Part shown: positions 1 through 7,104 of the stretch, one piece after another
How the letters are laid out: every line of letters starts with the position of its first letter
Numbering within the stretch: the first letter of the stretch is position 1
NCBI GenBank assembly: GCA_964531465.1
Contig: CAZHEC010000005.1
Span: forward strand, 1-17,826
From: an uncultured Nitrososphaeria archaeon
GTDB lineage: Archaea > Thermoproteota > Nitrososphaeria_A > Caldarchaeales > Wolframiiraptoraceae
Length of the DNA stretch: 17,826 bases
Direction of reading: 5' to 3'
Notes under the pieces: model-generated
What the model was told of the DNA's origin: nothing
The model's database searches: none
What the model saw: only the letters and a program-made list of their open reading frames with translations
Translations under genes and position numbers: made by a program

Positions 1-412
1 CCACGCTTACCCCCATGCTAACGCAGGTTCCGAGAACCTGCTTCACGGCAGCCTTCAGGGTTTTAGCCCTCATGTCATTCCTCTTGAGCCTCGCTATCTT
101 GACGACCTGCTCCATACTCAGGTTCCCAACCATCTCCCTTCCAGGAGCGCCTGACCCCTTCTCGACCCCAGCCTCCTTAACTATCAGGGCAGCAGTAGTA
201 GGTGTTCCCACATTAACCCTGAACTGCTTCGTCTCCGTGTCGATTACGACCTCCACCGGAACCCTCATACCCCTAAACTCTTGGGTGACCCTGTTTATCT
301 CCTCGACTATCTGGAGGACGTTTACTCCGAGTGGTCCGAGGGCAGGGCCTATTGGCGGGCCGGCGTTAGCCTCCCCTCCTGGAACTAGGAACCTTAGCGA
401 TTTCTCGGGCAT
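1..412 (-). CDS. rpl11: Ribosomal protein uL11 (archaeal L11), 3' end truncated by the window edge
   Basis: Reverse-strand translation from the ATG at 412: MPEKSLRFLVPGGEANAGPPIGPALGPLGVNVLQIVEEINRVTQEFRGMRVPVEVVIDTETKQFRVNVGTPTTAALIVKEAG... This contains the L11 hallmark PGGxAxxGPPIGPALGPLG. It is absent from the ORF track because it is open at the edge. Confidence 0.97.
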   Translation of the reverse strand, partial: MPEKSLRFLVPGGEANAGPPIGPALGPLGVNVLQIVEEINRVTQEFRGMRVPVEVVIDTETKQFRVNVGTPTTAALIVKEAGVEKGSGAPGREMVGNLSMEQVVKIARLKRNDMRAKTLKAAVKQVLGTCVSMGVSV

Positions 413-413
413 A

Positions 414-884
414 CTACCTCACCTCACTTGACTGTTTCATAACCCTTACCTGGTCTGCGGGGACGGATATTGGGAGGGGGAATGCTGCGTCGCTAGGCTC
501 TATGGTTACCTCGTTCTTGGGCCTATCTATCCTGATTACCTTGCCGCTTATTCCCTGGAGGGGGCCGGAGATTATCTCCACTACATCCCCCATGTTGATG
601 GTCTCTATCATGGGTCTCTCGACTAGGTGTGGTATTAGCTCCTTCATCTCAACAGGCATGACCGGCCTAGCCTTAACATGCCTTATTCCTTGAGTTAGTA
701 GGGAGACCTTCTCCTTGCTCTCGGCCTCCACGAAGATGTAGCCCTTGATGGCTGGGAGGAAGAGGATTGAGTGCACGTCCCTGTCCTCAGGCCCTATCCT
801 GGCCTCAATTATCCTAACCACGTTCCTCTCCTGCCCAACCGTTACCTTAACCGCGAAGAACCTCGTCCTCCTGGCCTCCGACAA
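414..884 (-). CDS. spt5: Transcription elongation factor Spt5 (NusG-like NGN plus KOW)
   Basis: 156 aa. N-terminal FFAVKVTVGQERNV..., a GYIFVEA NGN core, and a C-terminal KOW-like segment GDVVEIISGPLQGISGKVIRID. It lies between secE and rpl11, the canonical archaeal order. Confidence 0.95.
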   Translation of the reverse strand: MSEARRTRFFAVKVTVGQERNVVRIIEARIGPEDRDVHSILFLPAIKGYIFVEAESKEKVSLLTQGIRHVKARPVMPVEMKELIPHLVERPMIETINMGDVVEIISGPLQGISGKVIRIDRPKNEVTIEPSDAAFPLPISVPADQVRVMKQSSEVR

Positions 885-898
885 CCTCCAACACCACG

Positions 899-1069
899 CT
901 ACAGGCTCTGTAATGCGAGTGCGAGGAACCTTATAATAAAGGCTATCAGCCCTATGACCGAGACCCCGAGCAGGGTAATCCTGAGAGCCAGCATGAACTC
1001 CCTTCTAGTAGGCTTCCTAGCGAGCCTAAACAGGGTTACAGTCGATTTTAGGAAGTCTCTAAGACCCAT
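899..1069 (-). CDS. secE: Preprotein translocase subunit SecE/Sec61-gamma
   Basis: Manual translation gives MGLRDFLKSTVTLFRLARKPTRREFMLALRITLLGVSVIGLIAFIIRFLALALQSL* (56 aa). It has the amphipathic helix, the 'KPTRxEF' segment and a single TM helix, and sits immediately upstream of spt5. Below the track's length cut-off. Confidence 0.92.
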   Translation of the reverse strand: MGLRDFLKSTVTLFRLARKPTRREFMLALRITLLGVSVIGLIAFIIRFLALALQSL

Positions 1070-1094
1070 TCCACGGCCTCACGTGGCAGCCAAC

Positions 1095-1102
1095 CATATA
1101 AG
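1095..1102 (-). promoter_or_regulatory. TATA-box-like element for secE-spt5-rpl11
   Basis: Minus-strand CTTATATG is centred about 29 nt upstream of the secE ATG at 1069, in the short gap after the permease stop (1105). Confidence 0.5.
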
Positions 1103-1104
1103 GG

Positions 1105-1914
1105 TTACCCCCTAATACCTCCATAGGCGAGTATCCTCGTCAAGTATCTCTGGAAGACTATTGCTATGACTAGTATTGGGAGCGTAGCTATCGTAGCTGC
1201 AGCCGATATGGCCTCCCAGTTTACTCCCTGAGCCTCCCTCATGCCTGCTATTCGGACCGGGAGGGTCATGACCTCGGTCTTGGAGAGGACTAGGGCGAAC
1301 ATGAACTCTGTCCACGACCAGATGAAGACGAAGAGGGCGGTAACGACTATGCCTGGAGCTATAAGGGGGATGACGACGTGCCTTAGGACGCCCAGCCTAC
1401 CGCATCCATCTATGGCTGCAGCATCCTCCAGGTCTTTGGGAAGCTCCGAGACGAATCCACGTATCATCCAGACTGCGAAGGGGAGACCTATGGTTAAGTG
1501 AGGCAGAATTATGGCCGCGTATGTGTCGAGGAGGCCGAGCCTCTGCATAAGCAGGTAATATGGAACTATGACGACCACTCCTGGCAGGAACTTTATCGAG
1601 AGTATCCAGAAGGGGAGGGTGTCCCCGCCAACCTTAAACCTTGCGAAACTATATCCGGAGAAGATGGCGAGGATGCTTGAGATTACGGCCACCGCACCGG
1701 CTATAATCACTGTGTTCATCATGGGCTTGTAGACCTCGGGGATAGCCTCACCCCAATACTGGAGGTCCGGGTTAAGCGTGAAGAAAGATGGCGGATAAGT
1801 CATCAGCTCCTCCCTCGGCAGAATAGACGTCAATATCATCCAGTATATCGGGAAGAGCGCTATAACTAGGGCGACGAGATACAGCGCTCCATAGATTACG
1901 GTCCTGGCCCTCAT
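1105..1914 (-). CDS. Carbohydrate-type ABC transporter permease (MalG-like)
   Basis: 269 aa, multiple TM segments, EAA-loop motif 'EDAAAIDGCGRLGVLRHVVIPLIAPGI'. Overlaps the upstream permease by 4 nt (ATGA). Confidence 0.92.
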   Translation of the reverse strand: MRARTVIYGALYLVALVIALFPIYWMILTSILPREELMTYPPSFFTLNPDLQYWGEAIPEVYKPMMNTVIIAGAVAVISSILAIFSGYSFARFKVGGDTLPFWILSIKFLPGVVVIVPYYLLMQRLGLLDTYAAIILPHLTIGLPFAVWMIRGFVSELPKDLEDAAAIDGCGRLGVLRHVVIPLIAPGIVVTALFVFIWSWTEFMFALVLSKTEVMTLPVRIAGMREAQGVNWEAISAAATIATLPILVIAIVFQRYLTRILAYGGIRG

Positions 1915-2783
1915 GCCCTAATCACCCTAACCAGCAGGGTTAAGATTACCGAGAGCAGTATCACGATTATCCAGCCCATGGCAGCGGAGTATCCCAGCTC
2001 AAAGTATCTGAACCCAGCTATGAAGGCATAGAAAGTAACTATCTCCGAAGAGGTTCCCGGGCCGCCATAAGTCAGAACATAGACCACATCGAAGGCCCTC
2101 AGCATCTCCAAGACACGTATCAGTATGGCTACGAGTAGGACGGGTTTTAGAAGTGGCAGGATTATATGTATAAAGAGCCTGAGGCCGCTGGCCCCATCAA
2201 CCTTGGCACTCTCAACAACCTCCTGCGGGAGGGAGAGGAGGCCTGCATAGGTTATGAGCATTATGAAGGGCGTCCACTGCCACGAGTCGATGAGTATCAG
2301 GGTTAGGAGGGAGTATTGGGCGCTGTTCACCCACCCTATCCCCTCAACCCCCATGAGGGAGAGAATGTAATTCACGGGGCCTGCGGTTGGGTGGAAGAGG
2401 AGCCTCCCGGTCCAGCCCACGGCTACGGGTATAACCATTGAGGGCAGTATTAAGGCTGTAACGAGCGCCCTCCGCTTTGTTAGGCTAAAGAGTAGGATGG
2501 CCACACCTAGGCCTGCGCCAAGCTGTATTGCTATACCTAGACCAATGTAGTATGCTGTTCTCAGCAGGGCGTCATGAAAACGGGAGTCATCGAATATTCT
2601 GAGGAAGTTGCCTAGTCCTATGAAGGGGTAGTCCTCGCCTGGATTGAGCCTCATCCTAAGGTCGGCGTTCCTGAACGCCACGTTAAGCGAGTAGACCAGA
2701 GGGTAGACTACGACCACCAGGAGGACGAGAATCGTGGGGAGAATTAGTGCCCATGCATAAAGCCTTCTAGAGGCTTTCACCAT
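1911..2783 (-). CDS. Carbohydrate-type ABC transporter permease (MalF-like)
   Basis: 290 aa, multiple TM segments, EAA-loop 'ESAKVDGASGLRLFIHIILPLLKPVL' and 'YVLTYGGPGTSSEIVTFYAF' typical of MalF/UgpA-type permeases. Confidence 0.92.
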   Translation of the reverse strand: MVKASRRLYAWALILPTILVLLVVVVYPLVYSLNVAFRNADLRMRLNPGEDYPFIGLGNFLRIFDDSRFHDALLRTAYYIGLGIAIQLGAGLGVAILLFSLTKRRALVTALILPSMVIPVAVGWTGRLLFHPTAGPVNYILSLMGVEGIGWVNSAQYSLLTLILIDSWQWTPFIMLITYAGLLSLPQEVVESAKVDGASGLRLFIHIILPLLKPVLLVAILIRVLEMLRAFDVVYVLTYGGPGTSSEIVTFYAFIAGFRYFELGYSAAMGWIIVILLSVILTLLVRVIRA

Positions 2784-2827
2784 AACCTCTCACATGGGGT
2801 TGGGATATTCAGAATAAAAAGATTTGT

Positions 2828-2847
2828 GGAGAGCTTAAACGCTCTCC
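2828..2847 (-). promoter_or_regulatory. Intra-operonic stem-loop immediately after the binding-protein stop codon
   Basis: Minus strand GGAGAGC-GTTTAA-GCTCTCC: a perfect 7-bp stem with a 6-nt loop, followed by ACAAATCTTTTTATTC. It overlaps the last base of the TAG stop (2847-2849) and precedes the permease gene. Confidence 0.6.
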
Positions 2848-4424
2848 TAACCTATTAGCTCCCACATCTTACGGTAGAATTCCTTCTGCTTGTCCCTTCC
2901 AAGCTTATCGGTTATCTGCTCCCACTCCTTGGCTACGCCGTCGAGGGCCTCCTTTGCCGACGCTATCTCACCTGCAAGATACTTCGATATTCCCAGGTCG
3001 AGCTTGTCGAGGTATTCGAAGGCTCCAGGTATCTTGAGCAGCGGGAAGCCTTTCTCGAGGGCGACTGCGTATGCATCGAGCAGTGGGACGGCGTGGGGCT
3101 TCTGCTTCCTGAACCTGTAGCTATGGACGTGAGAGTATCTATAGGGGTCGAGGCCCGTGTCGGGCATGAAGTCGGTTGGAGCCATAACGTTCTCGAGGCT
3201 TGCCTCCGGCCCCGTGATGAACTTTATGACCGTGTATGCGGCCTCAGGGTTCTTGGAGCCCTTGACTACCGAGACGACCCATGCGGCATCCACTATCGTG
3301 TACTGGTAGAGCTTCCCATCTTTCTCCACTCCAGGTATCATGGCAACACCTAGCTGGGGCTTAGGCGGGTTCTCAACCGGGAGGGGTGCAAGCTCATCAG
3401 ACCTCTTCCCCTCATCGGGCCAATGTATCCACATCCCTATGATACCCTCCTTCATAGCAGCAGTGAACAGCTCATCCCATTCGAATCCGAGCACGCCGGG
3501 CGGCGCCAGGTCCTTAGATCTCTTGAGGACCTCCAGGGCCTCTACGGCTGCGTCGGTGTTGATCAGCGGCTCCATGGTGTCTCTGTCGAAGTAGTCTCCC
3601 TGGCCATTCCTTGCGGCAGCCACGTATGGGACGTACCTGAAGAGGTACCAGTAGTAGCTTCTCCCCCTCCTGAGCTGGTCGGCTATGCCGAAGAAGTCCT
3701 TGGTGAGGGTGCTTCCAGCAAGCTTCTCACCCTTCTTCCTGGTGAAGAACTCGGCGATCTCCAGGGCCTCCTCCCACGTCCTTGGAACAGTTAGCTCCCT
3801 ACCATACTGGGACTTGAAGTTATCCCTCTCCTCCGGGTGGTCGAAGAGGTCCTTACGGTAGTATAGGAAGAAGGTGTCTCCGTCGAGGGTTAGGGAGTAG
3901 ACCTTGCCTGCCCAAGTGTTCTGGAAGTTTCGGTAGCCACTGATTATGTCTCCCCAGCCTGGGTCTCCCTCGGGCTTGCTCATGAACTCGTCTAGAGGCT
4001 GGATGAAGGGTTCGAAGTCCCCTATCCATGCAGAGTTCCACTGGATTATATCGTATTCGGGTGGCGAGGCCTGGATTCCGAGGAGGGCCTTGGAGTAGAT
4101 GTCCTCAGGCGGGGTCTCCACAATCTCAAGCTCGATACCCCACCTATCCTTAATCACCTGGCTCCACTTCTTCCACGGAGTCGCCTGATGCCCCGAGTGA
4201 ACCAGCGCCGTAATCTTCACGCCCTCGAAGGGCCTCGGAGGACCTGCAGTAACCGTCTGGGTAACGGTCTGGGTCTGAACGACGGTCTCGGTTCTAACCT
4301 CAGGCGGAGCGACCTCCGTAGGCTTCAGAGACCATCCCACGGCAGCACCCACGGCGAGGCCTGCAACAGCTCCTCCAACACCTGCCAGAAACTCCCTCCT
4401 ACTAGTTCCTTTCTTCTCAGTCAT
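2847..4424 (-). CDS. Extracellular solute-binding protein of an ABC importer, Tat signal, membrane-tethered
   Basis: 525 aa. N-terminal twin-arginine signal 'TSRREFLAGVGGAVAGLAVGAAVGW', a T/V/Q-rich linker (RTETVVQTQTVTQTVTAG), then a periplasmic-binding fold of the MalE/UgpB type. Directly upstream of the two permeases. Confidence 0.9.
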   Translation of the reverse strand: MTEKKGTSRREFLAGVGGAVAGLAVGAAVGWSLKPTEVAPPEVRTETVVQTQTVTQTVTAGPPRPFEGVKITALVHSGHQATPWKKWSQVIKDRWGIELEIVETPPEDIYSKALLGIQASPPEYDIIQWNSAWIGDFEPFIQPLDEFMSKPEGDPGWGDIISGYRNFQNTWAGKVYSLTLDGDTFFLYYRKDLFDHPEERDNFKSQYGRELTVPRTWEEALEIAEFFTRKKGEKLAGSTLTKDFFGIADQLRRGRSYYWYLFRYVPYVAAARNGQGDYFDRDTMEPLINTDAAVEALEVLKRSKDLAPPGVLGFEWDELFTAAMKEGIIGMWIHWPDEGKRSDELAPLPVENPPKPQLGVAMIPGVEKDGKLYQYTIVDAAWVVSVVKGSKNPEAAYTVIKFITGPEASLENVMAPTDFMPDTGLDPYRYSHVHSYRFRKQKPHAVPLLDAYAVALEKGFPLLKIPGAFEYLDKLDLGISKYLAGEIASAKEALDGVAKEWEQITDKLGRDKQKEFYRKMWELIG

Positions 4425-4448
4425 ACGCCTAGGTTCTCTTTATAGGGG

Positions 4449-4456
4449 TTTATAAG
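4449..4456 (-). promoter_or_regulatory. TATA-box-like element for the ABC operon
   Basis: Minus-strand CTTATAAA is centred about 28-29 nt upstream of the ATG at 4424. Confidence 0.5.
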
Positions 4457-4515
4457 ATTTTGCAACACGATACTGGAAGAGACGTTTTTACGGGGTTTGT
4501 TCATGTTGTTGGGGG

Positions 4516-6219
4516 ATGGGCGGCCTGGAGGATATACTCGACTCGGTTGCTTCTCCCCAGAGATTGGGGATGCTTAGGGCCCTTAAGAGCAGGGAGCTCA
4601 GCTACACGGAGCTTCTTGAAAGTGCTGGGATGGATAAGGTGAGGGATGCGGGCAGGTTCACATATCATCTTAAGAAGCTTCTCTCAGCTGGGCTAGTGGA
4701 GTCCGATGAGGGTTCCCGCAGGTATAGGCTTACCCAGAAGGGGAGACTCCTATTAGAACACTTGGAGAGGATGGAGAAGGAGCTAGGTTCCAGGGCCATG
4801 ATGATAGTTAGGAGAAGCCAGCATATAATAGAGCCATTCGATAGAAGTAAGATAGCCAGCGCTCTTGTGAGGGAGGCCGGGCTCACTCCGAAGCTTGCGG
4901 AGGAGGTGGCCATCATGGCTGAGGAGAAGCTGAAGGGACTTAAGGTGGGCTATCTGACAGCCTCCCTGATACGTGAGCTAGTCAATTCTATTCTCCTCGA
5001 CATGGGGCTTGAAGAGTATAGGCATAAGCTCACGAGAGTTGGTATGCCTGTATATGATGTCTCGAGGCTCTTGAAGGCCGTCGAGAACTCTGGGACGCCG
5101 TGGATATTCGTTGATAAGACCTCTGGAGCGGTCTCCAGAGAGTATCTAACCCTGAATTTCCTGCCAAGGGATGTGGCGGAGTCCCATCTCTCGGGAAGAA
5201 TAGACCTGCACGGCCTCGGGGGATGGCTGACGTCAATTTACGGAGTCATAATAAGAAATGATGTGATGGAGGACCTTGACAAGGTTCTATGGACGAGGAG
5301 AGAGCTTCTATTGGAGAGGCCGAGTAAGAACCTTCACAACTTAAGCATCCTACAGAATATACTCCACCCAGAGACACGGATAGCCCTTAAGCTGGACGAC
5401 CACACACTAATTACAAGGCTAGAAAACATCCAACGTTCAAGGATGCTGGTCATGATTGATGCAGCCTCGCCTCCACAAGCCTCCCTACATAAGGTTGACG
5501 AAATCATTAGGAGAAGCGGTCTTAGACCAGTTTACTACTCTGGGGACGTCGTTCTTCCCTCTGGATACTCCGTGGATGAGGGCATAATACACTCTATCTC
5601 ATCGCTTAATATTCCCTCGGCAGTCCTTGAGTCTAATAGAAGTCCAGGCGAGACCATAGAGCATGTTAGGGAGCTTGCCCAGCTTGCATCTCAAGCCGTA
5701 TCAAGGGCGCTCAGATTATATCGGAGGCTTTATGGGGTGAGGGTCTCGGGGGCAGTCGCTCTATGCGGTCTCTACGAGTCTGCGAGGCATCTAACAGGCT
5801 CTCCTCCCTCGGTATCCAACGAGTCCAGGTCCATGATGATGGAGATAATCGAGGCTGCATCCCAGGGTGTTAGGAAAGGCTCTGGCGGGGAGCCGGTGTA
5901 TCTGGTGGCTAAGGCGCCTAAGAGTGCTGCGGTGAGGATGGTTAAAGCCGACTCTTACAGGTTCGGCGGAAGAGAGGTCTCAAGGTTCACGGGCGTAGAG
6001 AGGAGGGAGTATAGCTGGACACCTATACCTCCCTGGGAGAGATTCAGAAGCCTCGAAGACAGACTCGCACTAGAGCTTGAGATTGCAGATAGGTTCAACG
6101 GTGGCTACTTCATGCTCTTCTCGAAGAGCAGGAGAGCCAGGATTCTGGAGAAGTTGTCGGAGATTATGGAGGATATGCCCGATAGGGGGAGGCCGACGTT
6201 CTCCCTAGCCTTCCAGTAA
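4516..6219 (+). CDS. Fusion protein: N-terminal ArsR/winged-HTH domain, ATP-cone, and degenerate class III ribonucleotide reductase (NrdD)-like region
   Basis: 567 aa. wHTH: 'SPQRLGMLRALKSRELSYTELLESAG...GRFTYHLKKLLSAGLVES...YRLTQKGRLLL'. ATP-cone: 'MIVRRSQHIIEPFDRSKIASALVREAGLTPKLAEEVAIMAEEKL...YLTASLIRELVNSILLDMGLEEYRHKLTRVG'. NrdD-like: 'EYLTLNFLPRDVAESHLSGRIDLHGLGGW'. Confidence 0.8.
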   Translation: MGGLEDILDSVASPQRLGMLRALKSRELSYTELLESAGMDKVRDAGRFTYHLKKLLSAGLVESDEGSRRYRLTQKGRLLLEHLERMEKELGSRAMMIVRRSQHIIEPFDRSKIASALVREAGLTPKLAEEVAIMAEEKLKGLKVGYLTASLIRELVNSILLDMGLEEYRHKLTRVGMPVYDVSRLLKAVENSGTPWIFVDKTSGAVSREYLTLNFLPRDVAESHLSGRIDLHGLGGWLTSIYGVIIRNDVMEDLDKVLWTRRELLLERPSKNLHNLSILQNILHPETRIALKLDDHTLITRLENIQRSRMLVMIDAASPPQASLHKVDEIIRRSGLRPVYYSGDVVLPSGYSVDEGIIHSISSLNIPSAVLESNRSPGETIEHVRELAQLASQAVSRALRLYRRLYGVRVSGAVALCGLYESARHLTGSPPSVSNESRSMMMEIIEAASQGVRKGSGGEPVYLVAKAPKSAAVRMVKADSYRFGGREVSRFTGVERREYSWTPIPPWERFRSLEDRLALELEIADRFNGGYFMLFSKSRRARILEKLSEIMEDMPDRGRPTFSLAFQ

Positions 6220-6220
6220 G

Positions 6221-6595
6221 TCATCTCTTTCGAGACCTTAGAAGCATGATGGCTTTAGCAAGGTCTCCGCCAGTATCTTTAAGGGCCTGCGCAGCCTCCT
6301 CCTCACTTACACCAGCCTGTGTAGCCACGAGGAGTATGTCGTCCTGGGATGGCTCATATGCCTCCTCGGAGACCGTCTCGGGAGCCCGCTCCTCGGTCTC
6401 CCCGCCTATGACCTGCAGTATCTTCTCACCCTCTATCTTCATCTCAACTATGTTTGGGCCACGGATCACTATCTCCCTGTTCTCGAACCTGACCACGACT
6501 TCCTCAGCCTGCCCAAGCTCCTTCAAGTCTAATCCCAAGTTCCCTAGAAGTCTTGACTGCATCCTCCTAAGCTGTCTTGGCGAGAGCTTCCTCAA
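6221..6595 (-). CDS. nac: Nascent polypeptide-associated complex alpha-like protein (NAC domain plus C-terminal UBA)
   Basis: 124 aa. NAC segment 'EEVVVRFENREIVIRGPNIVEMKIEGEKILQVIGGETEE' and UBA 'DILLVATQAGVSEEEAAQALKDTGGDLAKAIMLLRS'. TTG start overlapping the upstream stop (TTGA). Confidence 0.93.
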   Translation of the reverse strand: MRKLSPRQLRRMQSRLLGNLGLDLKELGQAEEVVVRFENREIVIRGPNIVEMKIEGEKILQVIGGETEERAPETVSEEAYEPSQDDILLVATQAGVSEEEAAQALKDTGGDLAKAIMLLRSRKR

Positions 6596-7104
6596 CTCCT
6601 CTCCACCATATATGACCCTACTTCTTCGGATTTAGTCTTTGTGTCCCTGATTCTGACTGCCACGCCCTCTGAGAGGCTCTTCATACTCCGTCCGGAAACA
6701 ACTGCACGCCCTATGGCTAGCAGCTCTCCCATCTCATCTACGACTAAGGCCTCGTCTCCAGGTAGTAGGCTCTCATCAGCATCAACTACATGTCCGCACG
6801 TCAGGTCCCTTCCCTCCAAGACCCGTCTCACAGCGTCCTTGGCCGCATAGACCCTGAACCGCCTCCCTCCAACAGCTCTGGAGAGCCTCTCTGCACCATG
6901 TATAGTTAGGGCGAGAAGGCCGTCTGGTCTAACTGTAGCTAGCAGTATTCCGTTCAGGTATACCCTCCTGGGTCTCCCAGTTCCCTTGGATATCTCGATG
7001 GTGCTGTTGTCCGGGAAGAGGAGCCTACCCACACCTACGCCGAATTGATAGTCAGCTATCATTCTCACATATCTTAGGTTATCCAACAACCTTGAATCCT
7101 CCAT
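6592..7104 (-). CDS. PUA-domain protein, probable RNA-binding (track ORF extends to 7155; ATG at 7104 preferred)
   Basis: 'LRYVRMIADYQFGVGVGRLLFPDNSTIEISKGTGRPRRVYLNGILLATVRPDGLLALTIHGAERL...GHVVDADESLLPGDEALVVDEMGELLAIGRAVVSGRSM' matches the pre-PUA plus PUA organisation. The ATG at 7104 shortens the overlap with the hflX 3' end. Confidence 0.82.
   Translation of the reverse strand: MEDSRLLDNLRYVRMIADYQFGVGVGRLLFPDNSTIEISKGTGRPRRVYLNGILLATVRPDGLLALTIHGAERLSRAVGGRRFRVYAAKDAVRRVLEGRDLTCGHVVDADESLLPGDEALVVDEMGELLAIGRAVVSGRSMKSLSEGVAVRIRDTKTKSEEVGSYMVERS

Noticed and set aside
15-431. 138-aa plus-strand ORF in the track
   Set aside because: It is the antisense shadow of rpl11, whose reverse-strand translation is unmistakable.
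771-1115. 114-aa plus-strand ORF spanning secE and its promoter
   Set aside because: Antisense to secE and the spt5 5' end, with low-complexity Pro/Arg-rich content and no recognisable domain.
3093-3794. Overlapping plus-strand ORFs (86, 84, 123 aa) opposite the binding protein
   Set aside because: Shadow ORFs of a high-confidence CDS, with mutually overlapping frames and no family-like motifs.
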